Shown here one piece after another: positions 11,356-25,800 of a stretch of DNA of 64,000 nucleotides. The translations under genes and the position numbers were made by a program. The DNA comes from Balanoglossus misakiensis (Eukaryota; Animalia; Hemichordata), in assembly GCA_040954595.2 (NCBI GenBank), contig CM082595.2, positions 457,690 to 521,689 on the forward strand, given 5' to 3'. Positions within the stretch are counted from its first letter, which is position 1, and every line of letters begins with the position of its first letter. A model generated the notes under the pieces. That model did not search any database, was not told the DNA's origin, and was given only the letters and a program-made list of their open reading frames with translations.

Positions 11356-14300
11356 ATGGCTGACCCGTCTGCAATGATGAATCGTTACACTGATGTGTGT
11401 GATGAGCTTGGTCAAACACCTTCACAGTTCATCATGAAGGTTATTGATATTGAGAGAGAAGAGCAAATCATGTAAGTTGACATTGTTTATGAAATGAACA
11501 AAATAGAATGTGATACTGTGTTCATTAAGAATATGGGAGGGCCTGTTTAACTTGAAGAATTTCTCAATGAACACGACACAGTGTTTGTGATAATGATAGT
11601 AATTTTTCCATCATAATTGTCAACTTTTTGAACTTACCCTAAGTACTAGTTTGATTTGATTTGATGGGCCCAATGTCCTTCACTAAACCAAAACATCTAC
11701 ATCCCCACATTTAATGCATGTTCTGACTTTGTTAACACTAACACAAAGACATGTACTGAATAAATTTAACCTATAGGTAGAATATAAAATCATTTTACTA
11801 TATATTATGGGGTACATTTCAGCAAAATGACAAACATGGAGATAGGTTGAAATACAGATGTAGTGTGTATTATTATACAAAATGTGCATGGTTCAGATTT
11901 TTCATTAAAAATAGACAAAGAGAAGACTCACAACACTCATATAAACTTTTCACGCATTCCTCTTTTTGAAGACATACTTTCATCAGTAAAATACCAATCT
12001 TCCCCAGTAATTTTTATCTAAAATAGACCTACCCTTTATTTACCTGTGAAAATTGATTCACCTTCAACTTTTTAAAACTATGGAATATTGCACTGTAATA
12101 AACAAGGTATCTATATTCTGGATCATTGGTACAGATCTCAATAATCACCTCACCATTTCCTCTTTTTTGCACTTTGTATGTCTTTTTTATTGTCTTGCTC
12201 TACTCTAGAAGGGAAAAACAAGGAAAGTAAGTATACCTGCACCCAAGACTAATCACTGTGATGTTACTGAGATAGATACTAACAATAAACTGTTGGTTGC
12301 TGTTTGTTGGTTGCTTGTTGCTGTTGTTGTTTATCATTTTTGTTTTCCATTTGTTTTATCCATTAAGTATGATTTCAGAGGGATTTTTTTGTCTTGAATT
12401 TTTCTCCACCACACATTGTTTCACATATTGGAATGATCCAACCATTTTCAATGTCTGGATCGGTCCATTTCATGCTGGAATAGGGGTGAACCTGACACAT
12501 TTACCAGCACGTTGAAAAGTCACTCATCACAAGAATTTCAAAGAACTCAACTTGGCATCCACATGAGGAAAAATGTGTTTGATAACAGTATTAGTAGCAG
12601 CATGCAAAAAATGTTTGTGTAATGTATTGGATATTTCCCAATGTTTTAATTGTATGTTAATATGCCATAATTGTACTGCATAGACTTGCATGGCCATCTT
12701 TGATAACTGCATGGAACCATGTGGATGTTAATTTGCAACAGAGTATATAATTTAGTCAGTTGTGACTTACTATAGAATTGGCTTGCTGGCGGAATAATTA
12801 TATATCTTGTACATAGTTGATTCATACCACTTGTAAGTTGTAGTGTATATCTGCTAAATGTTGGACAAGCATTGCTGTATAAAGATGTAGCAATTGCATG
12901 GCTATGCATTGTTTGTTATTTTGTCATTGTTCTCGATGTTGATTACTGGCCACTCTGTGATCAGAACACTGTAGCATATCATGATAAAGAAAATAGACAT
13001 TTCAGTTTGCAAAAAATGATTTAGACTAATGTTTGACACCTTCCGTATTTTCAGGGAACCAACAGAGTACATGGATCTGAGCTTACCAGGGAATAACTAT
13101 CTGATCACTGATACGAGACTAACAGATGCAGACATGTTGCCACTCTATAAAACACTTGAAAACAGTACCTATGTACAATCATTGGATTTGAGATACAATG
13201 ATATTGGAGATGCTGGGGCTGTACACATTGCAAAACTCTTGGAGGTAAGAATAATTTCCTCATTGTTTGTTGTATGTGTTTGGTTATTATTTAAATTTAC
13301 ATAAATTTGAGTACAGGTTTTCTACTGTCTTATTTCCAACTACTTTTTGTTTTCATTTGATTGCAGGCAACAGTGATGTTACGATCCTTGAATCTGATGT
13401 GTAATGATATTGGTACAGAAGGTGCCAGGGCCATAGCCGGTGCATTGCAGGTATTCATCACTCATCAGTCTTCAGTCTACCCAAAACCGAAGTTGATACA
13501 GTGAATGAAATACCTCATAAGTAATTTATTTCCTGTTATTCTTACAGACGAATGAAACCCTAGTATCACTGAAGATGAATGGAAACAAGATAGGTAACAA
13601 AGGTGGTATGGCATTTGCGGGAATCTTACAAGTCAATAACACATTAGAAGAATTAGATCTGGGAGACACAGACCAGGTAAGCAGTTGGTGTTTACAAAGC
13701 AACTTTCAAGATTTCATAGAATTCCAAGTATGATATTAAGATGTATGGACTGCTGTGTGCTGTCCCAATTGGGTGAGCATGGATATGTGTTGTCTCTGTG
13801 TGAACCATGCATTTCTTCTCGAACCACCAGGGCACAGAGAGTGTGATTGCATTAGCCACAGTGTTAAATCAGAATAAATCCATCCGAGCCTTCAACTGCA
13901 ACAGACCATTACTGTTCAGTCATCAAGAAGAGACGACGGTTCACATGTCAAGGATGCTGAAAGTTAACAAGACTCTGAGAGAACTTCACCTACAGAAATA
14001 TGACATGAGGGATTTTGGAGCAGAAAGGCTTGTGGAAACGCTTATCGAGAACATTGCCCTCACATATCTAGATCTCAGTTGGTGAGTCTGTAATCATTCT
14101 TTGTTTTCGTAAGCCATGTGATGATTGGTTAGTTGTCGTACAAAACTGAATAATCTACATGTGATGTATTCTATTTTGTGTTCTTGTTTCAGTAACCGAA
14201 TCACCAGAGATGGCGCCAAACACATAGCTAGGCTGCTGAAACACAACACACCACTGCAGATACTTGATTTGGGTTTCAATAGGATTGAAGACGATGGAGC

Positions 14301-14950
14301 CAAGTACATTGCAGAAGCGTTGGCTGAATTCAATAATTCACTCTCACAGTGAGTATGCATTTATTCGTTCAAGCATGCCTTTATTTTGTCTACACAAGAG
14401 TTAACCCTTTCACCACCATTTGGTCCAAATCCATTGTTTCCTATGATGAATTTGAGACTGATGACATTGATTGCATTCATTCTTGACTCACAGCTTGGTA
14501 ATCACCAGTAATCAGATCAGAGGGGACGGACTGTGTGCAATAGCCAAGTCCATGAAGACGAATATCTCACTGACTAATGTCTATATCTGGGGAAATGATC
14601 TGGAGACACCAGCATGTGTGGTAAGTCAACTTTATCCTCGTCTTTACAGGTTATTGCCAGGTTATTCTGTTGCTATCTGTTGAATCAAAATGACCAAGTG
14701 ATCTAGATGTACTTTGTTGGTTTACAGTTCTTACCTATGAGTAATCATTTGTTGTTTTATGTCATTTTTGTAGGCTTTCAATGAGTTGATTGAAACCAAC
14801 CGATTGGAGTTGCGCGACACTGACGTCAAACCATACGTTGTGGATGGAGTGGTTTACTTGTCTGAGATGTCCCATGGAATCCGTAGACACTATTACTGGA
14901 CGCCGTTCTATGGTCCTGATGTGGAAGAACTCAAAGCTAAACATTCATAA
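11356..14950 (+). CDS. LRRC34: Leucine-rich repeat-containing protein 34 (RI-like LRRs); multi-exon
   Basis: LSLPGNNYLITDTRLTDADM; LDLRYNDIGDAGA; LNLMCNDIG; LKMNGNKIGNKGG; NRPLLFSHQEETTVH; IWGNDLETPAC; DTDVKPYVVDGVVYLSE...HYYWTP; stop TAA 14948-14950. Confidence 0.88.
12209..12226 (+). other. Candidate 18-nt frame-preserving microexon of LRRC34
   Basis: Pyrimidine tract + TAG|AAGGGAAAAACAAGGAAA|GTAAGT; phase 2-2 matches the flanking exons. Confidence 0.6.
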
Positions 14951-16024
14951 ACTAATATCAATACTGATGTGGACATGGACAAAGTTGTTTTCTGTCTGAA
15001 ATACAGGCAGGATGTTTAACTGAACTGGTTAACTGTGACAGCTTGAGACGTAAACACCAGTCATCGATCAGGGACCACTCTGCTGTTTATAGATTGCTTC
15101 AGGGGGGATAGCCACTACAGATTGGAACAGTCATTCCATATTCACCACCACTCGGCTGAAGGACCAAATCCATATATTCAAATGGCCACTTGCCCGTATT
15201 GTATATAATTTGGCTCACTGATAAATACAGTGATAGTTTAGTGACTGGGTTTGGGAGGGGTCCACATTGAGGGTTGAGCAGGAGAGCATTTTGGTGGGAC
15301 TGTATTTAAAGCACTAAGATACAAGAAAATGAGTATTGCAGATATTCACTCTTTATTTGGGAACAAATATATTGACTTCAATTTTGTGTATTTTGCAAGA
15401 ATTTGTAAAAATTCATTGTGTAAATAAAGTATTTGTGCAAAGTTTTTACAAAACTGTCTAAGAGTTCTGACATCATGATACACAAAGTCCTATCGTTTTT
15501 GATATATAATTTTATTTTTCTGTGATAGCTATGAATGTTATTCTTTGTTCCTATTGAATTACTGATTACAGCTGCACACACAATTTGAATTTTGGCATTT
15601 TAATACAAACAGGGAGATAAGACTTCTCTGTGCATACCACACTTCATATCATCAAAGTTTTGATGTAAATATCTAAGTGTGGTGTGAGGGTAGTGAGCAA
15701 TATATCAAAAATCAAAATGGCACGAAATATCATTCATGTCCATGCACTGTCCATGGCAGTTTCCTTTCAGATTCTTTTGTAAATTATTATAAAATGTCAC
15801 CAACCAAAGAGTTTCAAACCATATCAATGAATTTTCACAGGAAGAAATTCCCAAACACAGCCACAGAAAATCTGTGTCACCGCAGATAAAAACATCACTA
15901 GTAGTCATTCTCGAGTAGTGGTTAATTTTATAAAAACATTATTTAATTTTGTACTGTCATTCAGTCCAATCGTCTCTTATTCTATCAGCATTCCATATTG
16001 CAAATCCCGGAAGAACCAACATCA

Positions 16025-18443
16025 TCAGTCAACTTCTTCATCAATCCTGGAGTCATGCCTCTCGGAATCATCATTTTCTCCATGACCTTTCACCTCACCA
16101 GGTTCAGAAGCATGTAGGTCATTTGGTTGCTGGTTCTTACGAGCGGCTGCAGACACATCTTTGAGTTGGCTCTCGTCTTCATCATGACCGTTCACGTCCC
16201 CACCACCTTGGTCCTGACCTTTGACATCTATGCCAGGTGGACTTTGACCTTCGAACTCTGCCTCTGGGTGACCATTGTCCTCCCCTTCCATGTCACCGTT
16301 TTCCAGGATTTCTGGTTTGTTGTGTTTTTCCTCTGGTTTTAAATCAGCTTTGTTCTTCTCTGTTGGAGGTGGTGGTGTCATTTCTGTCTGTACTGTCGAC
16401 GCAACTGTAACTGTATTCGTAGTGTGTGTGTTTTCTGCTGTGTTCATTCTTTGCCAGGCAGGAATTGGACTTGGACTTGGGGCAGCAGGAAACTGATGTC
16501 TAGTGAAAAAAGAAATGAAATCATAAAGGAATAAATTCTATAGTACATTAATAATTTAACAATGGTAGCCTTAGCTCTTCCCATTGGGCATGGATATCGC
16601 AGGGATACCAATTGATGGACAGATCAATGCACTTTACTTACCTGTTTAGAATCAATCCTTTCAGAGAGACAATCTCTGCCTTGATTTCGTTGACTCCCTG
16701 TGCTTCACTGCTTTTACTTGGCAGACTTGAAAATTGACTGGTAGTGCTGAGCTCTTGAATTTTCTCTGTTTGTTCAGCTAACACTTTCTTCAAGTCCACC
16801 AGTGTTGTTTTAAGCTCATCCACTAAAAACAGAGACAAATGGTTATATTTCAGTAGTGCTGATTCTTCTTTTACAAGTTGTTGTTGAACCTTTCATTAAT
16901 CATTACACACTATCTTTCATGGCAGACAGCAAACACAATGCAAGAATGCTTCTTACTTGTTTCACTGAAACTGCCTTTAAGTTCATGAAGACTCGCTTCT
17001 ATTCTCTCCACTTTCTCTTTTTCTTCCTGTCGCGATTTCAGAAGAGGACCAATGTAGGCCTGCAATCAAACAGAAAACACACAAAGAAGAAGACACGGAT
17101 GAGAATAATGACAGAGCGGAATAATTATTGAGACCAAACTTTTGAAGTTGGATTTGACTGTCCTGTTCAGCAATGATCTAAGTTACAGCAACAGTACAGA
17201 AAGTTGGGTAGAATCTCACCTTGAAAAATTTGATGAGACCGTACGTTGCCCCACTGACTATGACAGCCGTGGCGATGAAATCTCTCCACTTGGACCATGG
17301 TGATTGCCGTGGTGGGAGAACTGGTGGTGGCATGGCGGGTACCATGGCACCTGGCTGTGCTGCCATCGTTGGTAGTGCTGGCTGTGGCACTGCTGGTTGT
17401 GGTGCCGGTGGTGGGTTTGTTTCATCAGAAGCAGTTCCAGAGCGCTGTATGGCCACATCGATTTCCTCCAGTGTTAACCCTGACAAGAGTAAAAAGCATG
17501 TCTAAAGCTAGCTTTACACACATAAACACAACAAATATCATGAAAATTAAGTATCCTACATTAGCTACTTCATCACTTTATATACCAAAACTGTAAGTTA
17601 CTCACCTTTCTTTTTGAGGAATAATTTTCTTTGCGCAAAAGGGCTCTGTCGTACTTTGGGGTTTTGTAGAAACTTGATTGCTGTTTCAATCTGTAAAGGT
17701 AGGCTTCAATTACTTGCTAATCTAATGTATCAATGTACCTGAAGCATTTACCAATCATTCCTGTACATATTTATATGCTATGATTGTGGTATAGTGTACA
17801 AGAACTTGGTCAAGTTTCTGCAGAGTTCTCAATGGAAGTGGGAAAATGAGATCTTGATTATGAGCAGTCAGAGTTGTGTAATAGCAGTTGAATGTTGAAC
17901 TTGACATCTTGAGAGATTACAAGACAATCAGACTGCGTGTCTTTGTACTCACCATATCTTCACGTGGAACGGTAGCATCGCTACTGTCTGTTGGACTCGG
18001 AGGTATAGGAGGAGATGGCATTGTGGCCTGCATATGAAAGGCACATTGTTATTATTCAGGGGCAGAAATATACATAATGCCTCACAGGACTGTATATTTT
18101 TAAACATGTTCATGATAGTACATGTACTTGTTTGTACTACTAGTATATTAACATATCGAGGCTATTTGTAAAATGAATGTAAATGATAACATGCAACATT
18201 GCTGTAGTCGTACTTTGCCCCCTCCCCCCAGCCATCTTAGATGTCAACAAACTTTGTAAACAACTCATTTCAAGCATTTCCTGAAGTTGACCGGACACTA
18301 TCACGGATCGCAATGTAATGTGCATGGAGAAAATGAGGAATATTCGTTTCCTGTGTCCAGTTTTCCACGTTTGCTACCTTTCTCTTCGTGAAAATAGCAA
18401 AAAGTCTTACCTGCGGCGTTTCAAGTTCACCCTTCGCCGCCAT
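16025..18443 (-). CDS. PEX14: Peroxisomal membrane protein PEX14; multi-exon
   Basis: [48 protein letters not shown] (Pex14_N); hydrophobic segment [22 protein letters not shown]; coiled coil; [23 protein letters not shown]; acidic tail. Confidence 0.95.
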
Positions 18444-18982
18444 GTTTATCGAGGGGATTCCCTAGAAACACGTGACCATTATGTTAATACATGTGAGGCC
18501 ATTGGCTTACAGAGCAGCACTCATGAACAATTTATCCAATCCTGCGTCGTTTTATAAACACCATACAACAGTACTTCCGGGGTATTCCTCAGTTCACAGA
18601 TACAAGCGCGGAAGTTTGATTTCAACTTCTGTTTCCGTCGTAACGCGCCAGTCAATGGAACTACACTACGCTTGACAAACACATATTAAGGTACAGCTAC
18701 GTGTATACTGATCAATAAATTACTTTCACGATAATCTGTCTACTTTATAACTGAAAAAGCAAGATGTCTGCGAAACTGATCGCTGCAGAGAAATGAACAT
18801 GCGGTAGTACATTGGTTTCAGGATGTCTTGCTGTTTTGGTTTTAGTTCTTAAGATGATGCAAAAACAAACCTGATTTCCTAATGAACAACCACAGTTTCT
18901 CATTGTCAAAAATAAATCTTACTTTCATGACTGCATATAAGATTTTTCTCTCTCCAGTTACACTTTCAGCAATAATTTAAAG

Positions 18983-19850
18983 ATGGCATCTTCATCTCGA
19001 CATAAGCCCTGTAAAGTCTGGAGTGCAACTAGAGATACAAGGAAATCTCTTGTAGCCAAAGATTTAGATGAACTTGTAAAGAAAGGCAAATCCAAGCTTG
19101 GACTGCCAGAATCAGAAGAAGTGACTCTTGTTCTGGAAGAAGATGGAACTGAAGTTGATGAAGAAGAGTATTTTGAAATGTTGCCTAGCAACACAGTATT
19201 CATTTTGCTGAGAAGAGGACAGCATTGGAGAGATGCATCAAGTGAGTGGAAAGTTACTGCAGCTGGAAGAGCATAAGCTTTTGGAGATGTGCTTTGTCAG
19301 ATGCAAAAATGGTATAAATCAGCTGATCTCAAAGTGCTATCAAACCTTTATTGCATCGATGATCAGCACATCTACAATGTTCATTCCACAGGTACAATGC
19401 CATCAGCACCTCACGAAGTACCAGCGTCCCAGTCTGGTGGTTTGACAGAAGTGGACAGCGCTGGATCAGCCATTAATCCCAAACTGATAGAAGTCACTAG
19501 AAGACTACAGAGAGATGTTGGAGCAATCATAACTTTATCAAACATGGAATTACAGGTGCGTATAATATTAGTATATGATTTGAGCTTGGTAGTCTTTTGC
19601 CTGATCTGCCGAAGTCATTCCCAGTATCTCTGATTTTTATTGTTCATTTTCTTGTCAGATGATATCCGAGTGTGACACTAACACACTGGCTGGACTGGTG
19701 GACAACGCTGAGGAATTTGCATCAGCATTACAGAATGCATGTCATCGATATCTGGATGACAGACAATCAGCAACAGAAGCAGTAGAACTTCTCAAACTCT
19801 ATCACCGGGCAAGGATGAACAAAGACAAGGCAGAGAATATGCAGACTTGA
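18983..19850 (+). CDS. DFFA: DNA fragmentation factor alpha (ICAD/DFF45)-like CIDE-N protein; 3 coding exons
   Basis: CIDE-N KPCKVWSATRDTRKSLVAKDLDELV...TLVLEEDGTEVDEEEYFEMLPSNTVFILL; DFF-C-like LQRDVGAIITLSNMELQ...LQNACHRYLDDRQSATEAVELLKLY; head-to-head with PEX14. Confidence 0.85.
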
Positions 19851-20819
19851 AAGAGAAGCAAGGGTGTAGCTGAATCTTTGAGTACATGGAAGATTTCAAC
19901 AAATTGGACAAAAAATAGTTACTTTTTTTTTAATTGAAAACTGCCGAAGATAGCTGTAAATGGTGTTTTATGCATTTTGGTTGTAAAATATCAGGAGCAG
20001 ATATTATATGTGGACATGTTTTAGACATAAACCTCCATCCTTATATCTATTAAAAAGTTGCTAAATAAGGCTTCATTACACCGTGTGAACTAGCGTGAAT
20101 AACTCCACCCACATCCAGCATAGAGGAATGACACTCATAACATCCCCATCATACATATTAAACAGACTAAATAATTTTATTAGAATCCACTAATTGTTTT
20201 ATTTTGACTCTATATTTTACAGTATCAAAAGCAAAATTACTCAAAGCAGAATAAAGTTTAAGAACATTTAATATGGCAAAACTACCAAGAAGACAGATAT
20301 TATCAGTGTGTGCCCACACAACATTGATTAGTAAGGTGATCAGTTTTGAGTGGGCAAACACTACAGCAAGAAACATACTCAAATATAAACATGGAATTAA
20401 TTACATACAAGTAAAAGTAGGAATATCACTATATTCAATGAAAAAAGAGCTGCTAAAGTGAACAATAATATTGGCAGTGAGGATGGCATTTTGTAACAAT
20501 GTAAAACCAAGTTGGCTAATCAGTAAATAGGTTTTGATCCTTCATGTACATATTTGGTAAATTGCCAGGATGAATTTGTGCAGTTCAACATGATTTGTTG
20601 CATAGAATGAGAATGATGAAAAATATTGTAGGGTTATACCTGCCTTGCAAAAGATAAAAGAGACTTTGTGGCAAGTATGAAATGTAAAACGATACAGAAC
20701 TATTTACACATACACACAAATTAGGCAGTGAAGTTTTTATGATGACTCTGTTGACAGTCTACACAAGGGGCATCCTGATGTTCTGTCCCTGTATATATAT
20801 TGGTGAACAATAATTGTTC

Positions 20820-22176
20820 CTACATGTTTTCTTTGTCAACAATGAGATCAACCATTCTTGCAGGTGTGTTGCCGGCGCTGGATCTTTTGTTTCTCATCTG
20901 ACCCTGAGGCGTTCTGTTGAGTGGGATGTTGGTGGAGGCTTTCCTCTGCCAGAGAACCTTTGGAGAGCTGCTGGCGTTGATGATTGACAGTGGAGATCTC
21001 TGTGGGGATGACATCACAGCTGTGCACCTGCTGACTGGTCTGACATCACTTCCTCTTCTTGGTCTGGGCTGCAGGGCGTTTCTGGTATTAGTGGTATCAG
21101 CTGTGAGAGAGAGAGAGGGGGGGGGGGGGTGTAGAGAGGGAGGAGAGAGAGAGAGAAATACACCATCAATCATTCAGTATTGCAAAACACGGCAATCATT
21201 TACATCATCAGACTCAAATCGGGAGGTTTCTCCCTATCAAGAGAAAGAAGCTTGAACAGTGTGCCTTGTTTACAAATGCAGTTGGGAAATACTATCCAAT
21301 ACCTGCTGCTATTGTCATAACTGCTGCCTTGTCGTCGTCTGACGGTTCCACTGGCAGTGACATTGATCTTTTCTTCATGTGACGAATCTCCGCCTCATAT
21401 TCTGGTGTGTTGATCATTTCTAATCCTCCTGTTGCTATGGTAGATGAAGGTGCTGTTTCTGTGACAACAGGTTTCACTTCTTCCTCTTTTTCTTCATCTC
21501 CAAGCAACACAGGCTCCTCAAAAACTATTTCAGCGGTGTTTTCTGGGACTACTTCTGGGGTGACTTCATTGGACTCTTTCTCAACAGATGCTGAGGTCTG
21601 TGGAGACACTGCCAGACTTCTCTTAGATATTTTGAAAGCTTCAACAACTAACTGTTCTTTGTTGGATGTACTGGCTTTATCTGGGCTTGAACTATGACCT
21701 GTGTTGTTCAGGTTGACCTCGGCAACAGATGTATCTTTTTCATATTCTTCAATTTGCTTCTGGATTTCAGATGCAGACACTGGAAAAAAAGGTAAAATTG
21801 CATTGAGATGAAAACATTGCCTTTTTGCACAGTATTTAATAAAAGATGCTTTTTTTATCTGAGCATGATTTCAGTTAAGTTTACTTAGCGAAAGAGGACA
21901 TCTTCTACTGTCTATGAATTTGGGAGGGTTCAGAAGCTACCAGATACCTTTATGCCATGTCTTATCAACAACTATTGGAGTTCTGACGATATCAACAGTT
22001 GGTGATCTGGGATCAAGTACTGTTTTATTCTTCACTATCTGTATGGGAGTTCTATCTATTCCACATGAAGGAGATCGTGGATCAAATTCTTCAAGCAATC
22101 GTCGTCGGTGAATAAGTGGAGTCTCAGGCTTTGTGGGTTCCTGTGGAATCTCTGGTTTACTCTCCTTTCCACCCAT
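20820..22176 (-). CDS. CDCA3: Cell division cycle-associated protein 3 (Tome-1)-like; 3 coding exons
   Basis: MGGKESK (myristoylation-type N-terminus), twin DPRSP..I.RTPI motifs, QRSPLSIIN, C-terminal KEN box (DKENM*). Confidence 0.82.
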
Positions 22177-22744
22177 TTTGCATCAAATTCCTGCAGTTGA
22201 ATAAAAATGTAAAGAATAACTATATTATTAACAAAATATAATGGTACATATGAAAAGGACAAAACAATTTAGACTAATTTGCATTTGGAAGTATCTGCTC
22301 TTGAAGAATGGCTGCATGATCTGGCCAGGGAAGAAATAGTCTCAGCCACAGGTGAGATATGTCCCATGTTTAGGAATGCAAGACATATTTAAACAAAGTC
22401 AAAATGGAATCTCAGGGATACAAGATGTCCAACAAAGTGGTAGGAAGGGCTCACTGTGGCGTGTGTAGAAAAGACACAATAATTGAAGACGTGTTTTCAG
22501 CATGACAATGCATACAATGGACATTGAAAAGTCAAACAAGATACTGACAAGGTTGGCAATTTCGTTGATTATCTCAGTGAACATTCACCCTGGCTGTAAT
22601 TATATGAATGCATAACTTGTGAAGTTGCAATTTCTGACCGACGCTAATACTATGGTTTACCTGACATTCTTACCTTACAAAAAATCTAAGATAAAAGAGT
22701 AACGCAAGAAGTACAGCAAGCTTTGTTGTGAAAGCGACATGCAA

Positions 22745-22876
22745 GGTTTTTAAATTTCGCGCTCTAACCAATCACGTCCGCTTTTGTATAGACCTTTCAA
22801 TGTCAAACGGTTCTATTGATTGGTTGGGACAGAGTCCCGCAAAGTCTCGCGATACTTTGAAGGGTTTCTGTTCAAC
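22745..22876. promoter_or_regulatory. Bidirectional CDCA3/USP5 promoter with CDE/CHR-like, CCAAT and TCTCGCGA elements
   Basis: Minus-strand GCGCGAAATTTAAA (22762-22749), CCAAT near 22768, ATTGG near 22820, TCTCGCGATA 22845-22854, TTTGAA 22856-22861. Confidence 0.6.
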
Positions 22877-25800
22877 ATGGCGGCCGTGGAAGTGTTGCAT
22901 GCTTTCCAAGATTCCGTAAAAATCCCGCAAGGCGGAGATAAAATCTATAAGGATGAGTGCTGCTTTTCATTCGATAACCCAGTAAGTTGAAAGCGATAAT
23001 GATGCATCAACAGTTGTTTCGTGTTTTCTTTCAATATCCGCACGGATCCCCCATCTTCCGGGTTCGTTACATCACTTCTCTCAAAATGAGCAACATCATC
23101 CTTGAAATGAAAAAGTTTAAATTGAATGTATCTGAGCGGTGTCCGTTTCGCAAAGGCGAACCGTTCAGTCGCAAGAACTTTAATAAAACCGGGTTTGGTT
23201 TTACCAATGTCTGCTTTCACATTACCTCTGTGCTGTATTAATCTATCGATTTCCGCAAGAACTTTAATAGATGCAGATCCAGACAAAAGTTTTGAAACGT
23301 ACATCTTGCATTCACTGGCCAAGCTACAGCACTTAATTATATATCTGGCTGTTGCTAATCAACCAAAAAAAAAATCAGAATGCATTCACACATACCTGAG
23401 TGCGCTGGTGCTACTCAGCACAGTGTCCTTAAAAGTTTTTTTTATCCTTTGACAGGAATCAGAAACTGGGCTGTATGTCTGCATGAACTCATTCCTTGGA
23501 TTTGGCAAAGAGCATGTAATGAGACATTTCAATAAGACTGAAATGTCTCTCTATTTGCACCTGAAAACCATCAAGAAACCGGTAAGTGAACAACCATCTA
23601 TATAGACTGTAACTTGTAAGGAGTGATATTGTGGCCTTGCTATACCAGTAAAACCTGTATTCACAATTATTGATCAGATGGTTTAATTGATAAACTTATG
23701 CACATTCTTGTTCATGATCTTGGTGGTTTTACAGAAACCAAAAGAAGAAGTGAAAGATGACCCACCTAAGAAGAAACCGACAAGACTAGCTATTGGTAAG
23801 CTGAAACAAATCATTTCTAGAGCAAAACATTGGTAAATTTGTCAAGGTAAATTTGATAGACATTATTTGATTTGCTCTGTAGGTGTTGAAGGTGGCTTTG
23901 ACATAGAAGATGAGCAAGAATATGAATATGAAGAGAGGAATTCTATTGTCATTCTACCAGACTTTGCTGAAGTACCCTTACCAAATCCTAATATTCCAGA
24001 GAAGGTGAGAACGTGATAAGTTATTTAAAGTAGCAAGCATGGATCTTATTAGTGACACTATCACATTATCTTCTGTGATTATGCTGGAAAGGAAAAAACA
24101 CCCATTTGTAAATGTAAACTAAAATAGAAGAGATTAATTAAGATCGTCCAATCATGTGGTAAGTCATAATGTGTTTACAGATTCAACTGTGCATTGCTGG
24201 AATACTGTCTGCCGAGTCTGCTGCCAGAAAAGAGGAAATCTCTGCCTGGGATGGAGAACAAAGAATTGTGTCAAAGTATGTCAGTTTTCAGGATTTAGAT
24301 CTATCAGAACTTTGTTTTGTGTCACAGTAAAATAAGGAAATAATATCAATAGTTAGAAGTTTGCTCCTTTAAAGAATTGTAAATAACTTACTACGTCCTT
24401 CACCCACGCATTGTCCAGACGAAACCCTGATTTTTGATGTGTCATTGCAGACATGCAGAAAACTTAGCCCAGCATGACAATGGTAAGAAAGTTCCTCCAA
24501 AGGGTTGGAAATGTGAGATGTGTGACAAGACAGACAACCTGTGGTTGAACTTGACAGATGGCAGCATATTGTGTGGACGTCGTTACTTTGATGGCACAGG
24601 TGGAAATAACCACGCCGTGGAATATTACGACAGAACCAAATATCCACTGGCTGTCAAGTTGGGCACTATCACACCAAATGGGGCTGGTGAGTATGACATA
24701 TTTATGCTGTGACTAGGCGAAACCAAGAACTCCAATGGACGGTTGGGCCTGAGGGATAACGGGTTAGGGTGATAACACACGCTTTGTTCATGCTGTGCCA
24801 ATATTTGTTCAAATGAATCCTGTTACTGGAATAGGGTATTTTTATCAAGGCACAGTCCATCCGGGACTCGATATTCATTGTATCTTTGATATAATTTCAG
24901 ATGTGTATTCGTATGACGAAGATGATATGGTAGAGGATCCACACCTAGCGAAGCATCTCCAACATTTTGGAATCAACATGATGGCCATGGAAAAAGTAAG
25001 CATTAAAACTTTTGAGTCAGTTCTCCGTTTAGTGCACATCTAATGTGTCATTCAACAAACAGGAATCTATTTTATACTCTGTCATAATTTACTACACACG
25101 CAGCTCATCCCTACGTTTTCAGTACCATTTTTCAAACTGACTCTGTACTGAGGATGTTTGCCTTTTTTAATTAACAGACAGATAAGACAATGACAGAACT
25201 AGAAATTGATATCAACTATGAATTGAAAGCCGAGTGGGACACAATGCAAGAGGCTGGTAAAAAGTTAACCCCGTTATTTGGCCCTGGCTATACTGGTTTG
25301 CAAAACTTAGGAAATAGGTAAATATCATGCGTGAGTTGGCCACACTTGTCCAATTTTCAGTCATTGTGAACATATTACTACTTACTAAAATGTGCTGGAA
25401 GACATGTGAATTGTAATATGTATTCATTCAGGTTGTACTAACTGTATAATGATTTGTCCTCTTCTCTCTCTCACAGCTGCTATATGAACTCTGTAGTACA
25501 AGTATTATTTTCAGTTCCTGATTTTATCAAAAAGTGAGTATATAACAAGTAGCATGTATATATTAAGAACCAAATAAGTTTATATTTCATTAGCAAAGTG
25601 AGATACCCAGGTTATATTGGGTGATAGTCGAGTAGTTTTGTTCATATTTGATGTTTACTCTAAGTTTGATTTAACTGTCATCAGATATGCTGAAAGTGCA
25701 GAACGCATCTTCAACCAAACCTCGGCAAATCCAGCAGCAGAGTTCAACACACAAATGTAAGTTTACAGATTGAACCAGAACTATGGCACCATCCAAGGTG

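Noticed and set aside
22945-23452. Overlapping 84-125 aa ORFs in USP5 intron 1
   Set aside because: Non-ATG starts in the ORF track, no recognisable domains, and they lie within an intron bounded by good GT-AG sites.
24712-24790. Hammerhead ribozyme (GAAAC...CTGAG) in a USP5 intron
   Set aside because: The required CUGANGA core and three stems cannot be built.
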